Assembly (NCBI GenBank): GCA_013239625.1
Contig: MU054187.1
Span: 14,666,974 to 14,730,973, forward strand
DNA: 64,000 bases
Reading direction: 5' to 3'
Source: Lama guanicoe
Taxonomy: Eukaryota
The notes under the pieces were generated by a model. It saw nothing but the letters and a program-made list of their open reading frames with translations, was not told the DNA's origin and did not search any database. Positions 52,766 through 64,000 of this stretch are shown here, piece by piece (the stretch's first letter is position 1; the number at the start of each line of letters is the position of its first letter). The position numbers and the translations under genes are program-made.

Positions 52766-55265
52766 GCACAGTTAGCTAACAACACTTAGGGTTCTCTGAA
52801 AAGAAGATATCAAGAAGGAATTAGACATACAAGAGATCTTTGGAGGGAAATGCTTGTAAACAACAAAAGAAAGAGGAAGCCAGAGCAGGCAAGGAGAGGA
52901 CTCAGATTGAGGTGTAGGTCTGAAACCTTTGAAATGAGAAAGAAGGAAGGAAAATTTGGTAGGATGCTCATCAGACCAAAAGGCATGCCTGAGACACTCT
53001 CAGCCAGGTCAATAGGGAGCTTTAGAGCAAAGATTGCCTGTCACAAGTGTCCATGACAGGCAGGAGTTGGCTACCTCTAGTGTCCTCGCAGTGCTTGGTC
53101 ACTATAGGAGCAGACTGTGAGAGTTTGGCCTCTGGTTGAGTGCTGGGATGGATCTGAGAGTGCAGTAGCTGGAGGCTGTCTGCCAACTACCTTCCACCCA
53201 GCGGATTCTTTGGAAGGGAGGTTTGAGTAGCACACTTGCATTGCCACAACAAATACCTTAATTATTCACTAAATGCGGCATTTATTTAATATTATATTAG
53301 TTCAGTAACAAAATAATTATGTGGTCATATTTTTTATAATGTTTTGTGGTTATGACCTGAGTTTTCCTAGAATATACTAGAACATCTGTATAAAATGTTG
53401 GCCATATTCATAGAAATCAACCTTATTTTTATGGCCCTATCTCCATTTAAATTCAGTAAGAGCTCTAAGTACAATCTTGGACCAAAAATAGTTTTGGAAT
53501 GGAAATGATTTATTTTGAGAATTTATAGCCTTGCTAATAAATTATATGCTACTATTAACTAATTGACAAATAAGCCTTCCTCAAAGTTATTCCCAAAAGT
53601 TCCTGGAGCTGTCTTAGATGAGCTCAAAAACAGTCTTCTTTTTGCTAACCCCTGACATCCGCCATGTTTCTTGTCTCTCACTCCAACACCTACATTGATA
53701 TCTCTGGCCTGCTGAGCCATGCAAGTGGTACGTCACTTTGACCCTTGTTCATGGGCCTGATGTTACCACAGTGATATCCAAAGTGCAAGAAGCTTATCCA
53801 GATATAAACTGTTGAGGTGTCAAAGCAGCACCTCCTTTCTTGGAGTCATTGAAGACTAGAATCATAGTGTGTTCCATGCAGAAATGCAAGAAAGTCCCTT
53901 GTGCTGCATTGATGGTGGACACCGTAGCAGTACTACTGTGTGCCCATATCTCAAGGCATCCTTTGTGAAGTCAGCTCTTCAACTTCTGTGCACATCCCTG
54001 ACTTGGGAGAGGTTCAAGTCAAAGTCCACGGAGTGGGCGATGGGACCACTGTTTGAAACAGATTCTATGATGTGCCTCTTCTCCACGCTTTACCTTGCAA
54101 GTAGAGAAGTGGAGAGATTAGAAAGTTTGGTGGTACTTTAGGTTCAGAGTAATGAGGACCTGCATTAAGATAGTGGTAACAGGGATGAAAGGAGGCTAGT
54201 AGGATTTGCCAGGATTAGGATTTCTAGTGCCGATTTGGTGATGAAGGTGAGGAAATCAATTTTGGATCTGTTGGGTGTGGTAATAAGCAGCATTTGAGTA
54301 GAGGTATTGAGTGCATATAGGGGACAGACAGGTCTGCAGGAGAAAGATTGAGACTAAAGGTGACGATTTGGGAGTCATTATCCTATGTAGTATTTAAAGC
54401 TGGGGAGAGTGTGCACAGTGAAAATTGAGAAAAACTGAGGATAGAACCCTAAGAAGGACGAGTCAATGAGCTAGACTGGGGAGAAGCAGTCAGAAAGATT
54501 GGAGGACAACAGAAGGAAGTAGGAGCTCCAGCACCAAGGGAAGGAGAAGGTTTTGAGGAAGGAGCTGGCAGTTCTGTTAAGAATAACAAAGTTTAAGGTA
54601 AAGAAGGAAAAGTTGTTTTTTTTTTGAATTATAGCTACAGTGAGTCATGGTGACTTACTAGGAAAATAACTTCAATGATTATTTTCATTATTAAAAAAGG
54701 CTGTGTATCTTTTGCAAATCTGGCCAACTGAATAATGTAAAAAAGTTGAGCAAAACTCATTTTTTTCCTTGAATTTTCCATGTTCACTGGTAATAGGAAG
54801 ATCATGAGGAAATAATAGTTCATTTATTTAATTTTTAATCGAAAGGTTCACTCTCATTCTCCAAGAAATCTTTCATCAGAACTACTAAAAAGTGGGCATG
54901 AGTTGATTATCATCAATTCCTTTCCTTTCCTTTCCTTTTGAAATTTCTAGTGGAACTGTGACTATAACTGGAAATTTTATATTTTCATTTGATAGTTTTC
55001 TCAAAAATATAGGTCCTCTATTTTTAGGCATAGCACACATAATTCTCATTGTGGGACCATTCTATTTAATTACGGTCTCAGAACTTCAGTTTTCTCATCT
55101 GCAAAAAAAGGATAATAATATTCACACTATAGGTAGTTATGATGATTAAATGAGATAATGTAAGAAAAGCACAGGGCATATTTTAAGTATACAGTAAATG
55201 TTAATTATTATTTATAAAAGAATATCTTATTTGAGGGGCTAATGAAAAATTTTTTTCTTTTTAAG

Positions 55266-55394
55266 GGAGAGACATAAAAAAATTATATTTCAATCTCTAT
55301 ATATCTGTTAAGTCTATTAGTCTTCCAGAGCGCAAAGAAGTTATTTGCCGAGGATCTGATGACAATTACTCTTTTTGCAGAGCTCTGAAGGGAG
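55266..55394 (+). CDS. LY96: MD-2 exon 3 ([43 protein letters not shown])
   Basis: Acceptor tttttaag|, donor GAG|gtaagc; 129 nt; contains the C95-C105 loop. Confidence 0.97.
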
Positions 55395-57192
55395 GTAAGC
55401 ATTCAACTTACCAGAATATGAATTTTGGATGTTGTTTAACCTCTAGCAGCCTCATTTTCCTCCTCTGTGAAATGGGTACAATGAAACATATTTTACATGG
55501 TTTTAAGGATTAAATTAGAGAATGCATATAAGAACACTTGGTACAGTGCTCAGCATAAGAATTCAAGAATTATGGTGATTAAATATAAAATATTCATATG
55601 GGTAATAGAATCCTTCTTTTGTTCCTGACATTATAGTCCTGTCCTTTTTACAAGTGAGGAAAATGATGCCTTCAGTGGTTCAGTTCTTGTTCATTTGGAC
55701 AACTGGTAATGGAGTAGTCTCCTGGCTCTACCACTGTACCATACTTTCTTTCTCTTTGAAAGGAATCCTCTTGGCAGATTGCTGTTGTTTAAAAAGTGTC
55801 CATTTCTCTCACACAACAGTTTTACAATGATTTCACTTAATCCCTGTGGGATTATGTTGACGTTTTCTGTGGATTTTCGAAGTTTCACTTTCCTGAGATC
55901 TAAGATGTATCAGACTCAGCCCTACCTGCCTGCTTCTTCTCTCCCTCCCTTCATTCCACAAACATCTGTTGAACCTGATTTGAGCAAGTCATGATTTAGA
56001 TTGTGGTGATATGAAGTCGAATGACAGGGTCTCCCTTTCAGAAGGTCACTCTGTTCTGGGAAAGATAATTATGGGAACAGATGTTCTAACGAAATGTCAT
56101 AAATGCTAATAGATTGTATGTGCTTAGTTTTACCTAGATAGTTATCAACTTACTGTGTCAGGGGAACTCAGATAAGGCTTCAGAGAGTATTTTGTCAGAG
56201 TCTTGAATCTGAGAACATCAGAGAATAAGGCAAAAGGACATTCCCTGTAGAGGAAACAGCATCTGCAAACATATCTAGCCATGAAAGAATATGGTCCATT
56301 AGGAGAGTAGCTTTTTTGTAGCTGGAGCACAATGTGCCTGCAGGGAATTGCTGGGGATGAGCCTAGAAAAGGGAGCAGGAGCCAACATGTAAGTCATGCG
56401 TGAAATGTTGGCTCGCGTCTTGTTGTGAGTGGGTAGGGATGACCCCCCGAGATTTCCATTTTTGCAGATAACTAGTGTCCATATGGATGGTGGTGGGGAT
56501 TGGCTGATGCAAGAAACTTGGATGGAAGGGAATGCAGCTTGGAGGCAGTGTGAGAGACCAGGAGGGCTGAACAAAGGCAGCGGCCCTGGGAGTGGAGGGG
56601 TGGAAGCACCATGGAAGACAGAACCGGCAGGTCGTGCTCACTGATTCGGTGTGGCCGGGAAACACTGGGTAAATCAAGGACTGCTCAAGGGCCAGTGACT
56701 CGATGGATGGAAGTGCCATTATCTGAAATGTGTGCAAAAGGAAGGGGCAGACTTTTAAAGAGAAAGGTGATGAGTTCTGGTTTGGGCATGTTGAACTCAA
56801 GGTAAGTTTGGAACATTCGTGTAAACGTGTTCATCTAGCAGCTAAGTATGTGGGCCTAGAACTCAGGACATTCTGATTTAAGATGCTTTGAGGTTATCAA
56901 CAGACCCTTGAACATTTAGGAATCAAACAAGTAAGTAACATACTTATCTACTTTCAAAATCACTTTTGCTTTTGTTGTTGTTACGAAGGTATACATTTAT
57001 AGGATATGATGTTTAGACAATATAGGCAAGTAAAGATAAAATAAAAATTATCCATAGTCTTACCACTTCTTACACACACACACACACCCCTTTGTTTCTT
57101 TCAAAAATACATTTATGAATAAATAAATAAATATATATTTCAAAGGCATCTTAAACTTAGTAAGTCAGTTAGCCCCAATTTCAGCATTTTGC

Positions 57193-57595
57193 TAGGATTG
57201 TTGTAACAAAGTACTGCAAACCGGGAGGCTTAGAACAACAGAAATTGAAGTCCGAGATCAAGGTGTCGTTGGGGCCAGGCTCTCTCTGAAGGCTCTTACG
57301 GATTATCTGCTCCAGGACTCTTTCCTAGCTTCCAGTGGCCCCAGGAGACTCACTCTTGCCTTGCAGATGGCCATTTTCTTCCTGTGTCTCTTTGTGTAGT
57401 CTTCCCTCTATGCATGTTGGTCTACAGGTCTAAATTTCCCTTTCTATAAGGACACAGTCACATTTGATTAGGGCCCACTTCAATTACTTCATCTTAACCT
57501 GACCATCGGCAAAGATCCTACTTCCAAAAAGGCCGTGTTCACAGGTACTGGGGTCAGGACTTGACTCTCCCTGGCGGGGGACGGTGTGCAATCTA
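57193..57595 (-). mobile_element. MLT1 (MaLR) LTR
   Basis: ctaggattgttgtaacaaagtac...aagtccgagatcaaggtgtc...ttagggcccac...ggtactggggtcaggactt. Confidence 0.8.
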
Positions 57596-58661
57596 GAACG
57601 CCACACAAGGTTTGTGTCCTGCATCCTGCACGGTCTCCAGGAGACCTGGATGGGACCATCAGTGAGCTGCATGTCAATCATTTCTAACAAAATGGAAAGA
57701 AAAAAAGACTTAAAAACACCATGGCAAGTCTAGACAGAGAGACTATGGAAGAAAGGAAAAAACTTCCTATTTTAGTACTATTAATGGGAAGTTTCCCCTG
57801 CTGTTTGAATAAGTGGCCCCCATTTTCATTTTGTGCTTGGCCTTGCAAATTACGTGGCTGGTCTTGGAGTCGGGTATGCAGGGACCAGGTAGTACCAGGA
57901 GACAGAAATTCAGAAGTGACCCAGGCAAAGCCCCTGTCCTTGTGGAGCTTGTAGACAAGTGGAGGAAACAAGATGGGAACTAAGTCACGAAATAAGTTAG
58001 AGATGAAAGTGAAGTAAGAGTCAGTCTGTGATAAGAGCTCTCAAGGCAAGTTCCAGGATAACCAGAGAGACCACAATGGCGGAGGCACCAGAGATGGAGG
58101 TGATGGGAGGCACTTCTTCCTCCTCTCTTCACTCTTTCACTGCCTCCTGGCCTCGAACTGGTCTCCCTGACTTTAGAACCTCCCTTAAATCCAGCCACTG
58201 TACTCCAGGTCATGTGACTCACCTCTCTGAACACAGTCTGACCAGTTCACATCTTTGGAGGTTTTCCTGCCACCTCCATTCTCTCCAGTGTGGAACCTAA
58301 GCCCATTCACGCTTGCTTCTTCCAGCTGACGTCTTAGCGTTCCTGCTGCTCCTTTGCTCTAATAACTTTGAGGCCTGTGCATAAGCTATATTGACTATTC
58401 CCTCCCTGCCTTTGCTCCTCTTCTTCCTGCCACCTGGAATGTTCCCCCACCCTCCTTCCCATCTTTTATGACAGGTCTACTGTCACAATAATATTAATAA
58501 CATTCACATTATTATTCAGAAGATGCCATGGGAGGGCGGTCTAGAAAGGAGTAACATTTAATGTCATAATAAATAATGTTTTTTAATGTTAATAACATTT
58601 ACTAAGTACTATGTTCCAGGCATTGTTCTTGGCACTTACATGTATTAACTTATATAGCCCT

Positions 58662-59121
58662 TGTGGACAAAGAATGTCACCTGCCAAATCAGTAAACAAA
58701 GCATGTTGTGGCCATCAAACCATCGGCCACTGTAGTTACCCTCCATCCACCCTCCCCAAGGTAGACCCTGAGGGGCTTCAGGATGGAGAAAACAGGATAC
58801 TGGCCCTAGAGAGTTAAGGTGCACGTCAAAGGAATGATTTCAATGAGTCCAGACCCTTGTGTCTTCCCATATAGAGAAAAGTGCTAAACTCATTAACTTC
58901 AGATGTATGTTTTTTTCTTTAATTAACAGTAATCTTTTCATGTTCTGACTACTTTTTTTTTCCCTGCAAAAACTCCTGTGTATCCTGGCTCTTCCCTTAC
59001 CTCTTCAGAACAGTCCCTCAGAGCTCTCTGAGAGGCTGTCTCCCAGGCTTAAGTCCTCAGAATGTTGGCTGAATAAAACATAATTCTCAACTTTTAGGTT
59101 ATGTATTTTTTTCAGTCAACA
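58662..59121 (+). mobile_element. ERV1-class solo LTR (460 bp) splitting a MIR in LY96 intron 3
   Basis: TGTGGAC...GTCAACA termini, exact 4-bp TSD CCCT (58658-61 and 59122-25), AATAAA at 59072-77. The flanks rejoin into an antisense MIR (~58590-59270). Confidence 0.85.
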
Positions 59122-60369
59122 CCCTCATAATAATCCTATGAGGTAGGTGTTATTATCCACTGTCATTTTATTGAGGCACAGAGAAATTAAGTGACTTACA
59201 CAGAGTCACACCCTGAGTAAGTGGAAGAGCTGGGGTTGAAGTCCAAGCAGTTCTGGCCCCAGAGCCGTTACTCAACAAAAAAGCTATCCTGCCTTTATCT
59301 TTACTGCATCTTTCATTGCACGTCGTCGTTGTATTTGGAATGGTTTCTGTGCATGTCTAAACCCCCGGTGACTTTAACTCTTTGAGGGAAAGGATGGTGT
59401 TATACTAACCTTTGTCTTCCCAGTCCTTGGTACATAGTAGGCCTTCAATAAATATTTGTTGAGCTATGAAGTTTGAAATGGATTGGCCTTGAATGAAAGA
59501 TCATAAGATCTTGAAGATATGATCACTTTACTAAAGTCAAGAACCAACATCTCAGTATATTAGCTCCCCTAATAAGGACATACCCAGAAGCAAATAAATA
59601 AATGCTTATTTGTGAGAAAAGAACTCACACATGCAGACACAATCTATTCATTTGCTGTTAAGGATTTTCCTTAGCCAATTCAAAGAACAATAACCATTAC
59701 TGTTTTGCATTTGACTATTTTACTTAAAAAATATTTTTGGTCACTGTTGCTTTTGTTAGAGACTCAAAACATTTCTACCTTTCTATCCGTACCCTGCAAG
59801 GTCACTCCTTTGTGTTTTCCAGCTGGGCCAGAGGAGTGCAGTTTTTCCTGTACGACTGACTCTGTGCCTTATGGCTTCTGCAGGGCCAGGCCCGCGGCCG
59901 TGCATGTCCGCAGTGACTACGCACCTAGGCTTCTCAGTGCTGGGATTGGAGGGAGCTTTGCTAACCTGGCTGCCTCCCAAATCTCTCCGCCACCTTTAGG
60001 GAGATTTTTCTTTATCATTCCCTGCTAAGAGGCAACAACAGTAAACATACACATGTATAACTTGGGATGAAGCATATTAGTACTAGCTTGTTCATCATTC
60101 ATTCATCACCGGGACCAGTGGGCCTTGAGTTTTTACCCTCTAAGGGATGAGATATAGGCTGGTACTGAGAGGAGCTCAGGGTGGCAGAGGAAGAAGCCAC
60201 AGGACAGTCATAGCCAGGGTATAAGACTCATTATTTCTCTACACTTTTGCTTGGGACTGCTTCTGTCAGGAGGAAAACTGTAAAAGTTGCACTCCATACT
60301 ACTATTACCAAAAAAAAAAAAAAAACCAAAACCATCTAATGTGCAGTAACTTTCTGTACTTTTTTGCAG

Positions 60370-60422
60370 AGACTGTGAATACAACAATAGGATTCTCCTT
60401 CAAGGGACTACGATTTTCTAAG
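60370..60422 (+). CDS. LY96: MD-2 exon 4 (ETVNTTIGFSFKGLRFSK)
   Basis: Acceptor ttttgcag|, donor AAG|gtattg; 53 nt; contains the N114 sequon and the F126 loop. Confidence 0.97.
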
Positions 60423-61155
60423 GTATTGTTCAAGTCATTTTGTACTTTCTAAACCTTTTGCAGTAACAGATGTGTTAAGAATTTGAAACAAGCAATTCAT
60501 AACTTCTAAAAATATTGATTCAAGATTAAGATGTTTAAGATTTTTTTTTTAAACTTCTTCTTGGTTTTGGATATTCTGCTATTTCTTCTTTCTGTAGAAT
60601 GCAGAAAAATAGAAAACTTACACCAAAGAAAGCCCTTTTGAATTTTATTTTTCCCTTCCAGCATACATTGCTAAAAGTAAATGCAAATGCTCATTGTGTA
60701 TACATTGAATGATTTGGGTGAAAGCACTACATACCTGCTATGTATAACTCAGGAAATGCCTCCATGGACAATAATGATGTAATTTTAGACATTTGCATTC
60801 GATACCTAGCAATGACATTTTTCACGTTTCACTTTGGGTGATGATTTTAAAATAAATGTTAGTAATGTATATTTTTTATCAATTTTGTTACAAGGTGTAT
60901 CTTGTTTGAAAAATCTCATTGGTAGGCTAGTTTCAAGAAATTATTTTTAAAATCCTCTCGGAATTGGGAAATAAATGGGTTTTTCTGCTCACTGAATTTT
61001 AAGGCATACAGAATTGCAGCTCATTAGAAAACAGAAAAAATGATAACCAATTCAGTGTAAATTGGCTTCCTCCTCATAAGACAAAATTCTTATAAAAGTC
61101 TTACAAGTTAGAAGCATCTAACATTCTATATTGTATTTCTCACTGCTCGTTTTAG

Positions 61156-61254
61156 GGACAATACAACTGTGTTGCAGAAGCCATCTCTGGGGACACTGAA
61201 GAAAGGCTCCTTTGCTTGAACTTCACCATCATACATCATCCTGATTCCAGCTAG
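61156..61254 (+). CDS. LY96: MD-2 exon 5 ([32 protein letters not shown])
   Basis: Acceptor gttttag|; TAG at 61252-54. Total CDS 112+90+129+53+99=483 nt, 160 aa, with the 7 conserved Cys. Confidence 0.97.
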   Translation, partial: GQYNCVAEAISGDTEERLLCLNFTIIHHPDSS

Positions 61255-61260
61255 AATAAA
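61255..61260 (+). terminator. LY96: LY96 poly(A) signal
   Basis: AATAAA directly abuts the stop codon, with a T-rich tract downstream. Confidence 0.75.
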
Positions 61261-61322
61261 TGAAGTATTATATTTTTATTTTTCAAAGGTTTTATCCTTC
61301 CCTTAATTTTTTTTTCACACAG

Positions 61323-61701
61323 TATATTAGTTTGCTGGGACTGCCACAGCAAATACCAGACTGGGCAGCCTGAACTTCAGAAATTTATTTTTCACAGATC
61401 TGGAGGCTGGAAAGCTGAGATCAGAGCTTTAGCTGCTCTGGTTCCTTTCGAGTCCTCCCTCCTGGGCTTGGGGATGACCTTCTTCTCCCGATGACTTCAC
61501 ACCACCTTCCCTCTCCGCGCGTGTCCTAATCTCTTCTTATGAGGACACCAGTCGAATCGGTTTAGGGCCCACCCAAGTGACATCATTTTACCTTCATTAC
61601 CTCTTTAAAGACTCTGTCTCCAAATCCAGTCACAGTCGGAGGTACTGAGGGTTCAGGCTTCAGCTTGCGGATTTTGAGGGGACACAGTGCAGCCCATAAC
61701 A
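61323..61701 (-). mobile_element. MLT1 (MaLR) LTR just downstream of LY96
   Basis: tattagtttgctgggactgccacagcaaataccag...tagggcccaccc...gcagcccataaca. Confidence 0.85.
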
Positions 61702-62654
61702 CAGAGGTAATGCAGTCTCTTCAGTCAGTTGACTTCTCTCCATTTCCGGCCTCTGCTCTGGGGCGAGCAGCTGGCCCTGCCCCCCTGGCCTACTCTGCTG
61801 CCTCCTGCCTGCTCTTCCCGGGCCTGCTTAGGGCCTCAGGTAAAGTCTTCTTCACAGAACAGCTTCAGTGATACTTTCAAATCCAGGCCCAGTCCTGTCA
61901 CCACAGTGCAGCTGGAACAAAACAAAACAAAAGCAAGCAAGTCCCTCCGCATGGCTTTAGATTCCCTCTGGGATACAGTTGGAATCTTCTGGACGGTCTG
62001 CCAGGCCCTGCCCCGCTTTCCCTCTTCAGCCTCTTCTCCCACCACTTTCCCCTTACGCTCTCTGTTCCAGAATGTGCCATCCTCCCTCCTTCACCCACAC
62101 AGTTCCCTCCACCTCACCTCCACACCTCTATTCTACCTGGCCTTTATCCCTTATCTGTAACAGGTGTGACCTTTCTTGGCTCAGGTGCTTGTCCCCAGGG
62201 AATTATCATCAGGTAGTGTGTAGCACGCCTCTTACACTTCTGACACTGGGCAGAGGCAGTCCTGAGTAGAGCCCTTCAGAAACCATGTAAGATGGAGCCA
62301 GGTTTTGAGGCTCCTGTGGCTTTCTTGGTCCCTCAGATCTCTTTCTCCCACCTGCCTTTACCTCATCCAGGCAGGACCAGCTGTCTCTGTTACATGCTTT
62401 TGTAGACCTGTGTCCTTTCCTTCCAGTACTCAGCACTCATTTTGTCCTTCTGTTGATCACCCGTCACCAGACTAAGCTCCATGAGCCCGGCCGGGCGGTC
62501 AGTTCAGCTTTGCTCACCACCCTTGACCCAGCACCTTGCATAGTACTTAGGCTTGAATTTGCTCTGAAGCCATCTGTGTTGAATGGATAAAAGAACATTT
62601 TCTTCTTATAACATATTCAAATAATAGATACCGAAAGCAACATTCATGTAATCA

Positions 62655-63905
62655 CTCACCTGATATTTACTGAGCACCTGCTATATGTCAGGCCTTATTC
62701 TAGATGCTGGGGATAACAGCATTTAACAATCCAGGCAAAATATATCCTTGCCCTCACAGAGTTCATATTTTTGCGGGAACAGACTGACAAATAAATGATA
62801 GAGTACTTTAGAAACAAGCCTGCTCTATATAAGTGCTCTGAAGAACGATAAAGCAGGGAAGGGGATAGGGACCCAGGCGGGGAGGTGGTGGTTGCATTTT
62901 CAAATAAGGTGGTCAGGAAAGGCCCCACAGAGAAGATATCTGAAAGAGCCGAGGGAGCAGGCCGGGTGGTTTTCTTTAGTAAAGGCATTGCAGGTTGAAA
63001 GAACAGCTGATGTCAAGGGAGTGAGGGGAGGGGAGGTTAGCACGGCGTCTGTTGCGGGTGGGTAGGTACGTGCTGTGGAGTTTGACAGGCCATTGTTAGG
63101 ACTTTGGCTACCGCTCTGAGTGAGATGGAAAGCTCTTGGAGGGTTCTTTGTAGGAGAATGACATCAGCTCCCATTATAAAAAAGGCTTATTCTGGCACTT
63201 AGACCTGGGAAAAAACTGGGGAGCTTTTTGTGATAATCTCGGTAGGAAAGGAAGGAGGAAATTGGGAAGTAATCCAGAAAAAGGATGATGGAGGAGGTGG
63301 TGAGACGTGATCTATGCTGGATATATTCTGAAAGTAGAGACAACTCCAAAAATACTTTTGTCTATGTGTTGGATGTAGGAAATCAGACAAAGGGAGGAAT
63401 CATGGATGATTCCAACTTTTTTGCTTGAGCAAATGGAAGGATGGAGTTGCCATTCCTTGAGATGGGGGTGTCAGAGAGGAGCAGGTTTTAGAGGGGAAAA
63501 TCAAGAACTTGGTTTTGGACATGTTGAGATATCTATCAGACATCCAAGTGGAGATTTTGCAAAGGCAGTGGAAAAGTGAGTCTGAAGTTCAGGAGAGAAT
63601 TCTGGGCTGGAGATCAACATTTGGAAATTGTCAACAAGCAGAGAGGAGTGTCAGCAGAGAAAATAAGAGGTCCAAGGACTGAGCCCTGGGATTCTCCATC
63701 ATCGGCGCAGATGAGAGGTTTAGGAGAAGCCAGCAAAAGAGAGGGAGTGGCCATGGAGATAGGAGGAAAAGCTGGGATGCTGGCCTATTGGAAGTCAGGT
63801 GAAGAAACTGTTTCGCTGATTTTGATCTGCTGATCTGTAAAATAGGATGAAGCCTGAGTGTTGACTTTTGGATTTTGCAGTGCAGAGGTCTATGATTTGA
63901 TAATG
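62655..63905 (-). mobile_element. L2 LINE 3' region
   Basis: tatttactgagcacctgctatatgtcagg...ggttttggacatgttgaga...ggactgagccctgggg. Confidence 0.75.
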
Positions 63906-64000
63906 TCACCAACAGAGAGCCCTATGATTTTTCCAAGCATCAGTTCCAACTGTGTGCCACCAAAATATGGGGTGATTGTATTAAGCTCTCTGCAAAGCCC

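Noticed and set aside
53700..54141. Coding-looking stretch in LY96 intron 2 (possible pseudogene)
   Set aside because: The frames I hand-translated on both strands contained stops and no protein I recognise. A BLASTX/Dfam search would be needed, so it is unsupported as is.

Overview
Mammalian genomic DNA, most likely camelid, judging by repeated tRNA-derived SINEs with the CCTAATTACCTCCCC tail (vic-1 type). Three complete spliced genes can be rebuilt from GT-AG junctions in the conserved order ELOC (elongin C, minus strand, 112 aa, 3 coding exons), TMEM70 (plus strand, 257 aa, 3 exons) and LY96/MD-2 (plus strand, 160 aa, 5 exons). ELOC and TMEM70 are head-to-head, with separate CpG islands about 4.3 kb apart. 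The rest is intron or intergenic DNA full of SINE, L1, L2, MIR, MaLR/ERV LTR and Tigger remnants, and almost all ORF-track entries are spurious. I found no convincing novel multi-gene system. The best leads are small-scale: an MD-2 D101N change creating an N-glycan sequon in the TLR4-binding loop, uORFs before LY96, a sense solo LTR in LY96 intron 3, a duplicated ZNF143/THAP11 motif at the ELOC promoter, a nested perfect inverted repeat near 5.4 kb, and a tandem pair of hairpin-like units after TMEM70. Comparisons with human and mouse proteins are from memory, not from a search. Repeat family names and repeat boundaries without a stated TSD are approximate.
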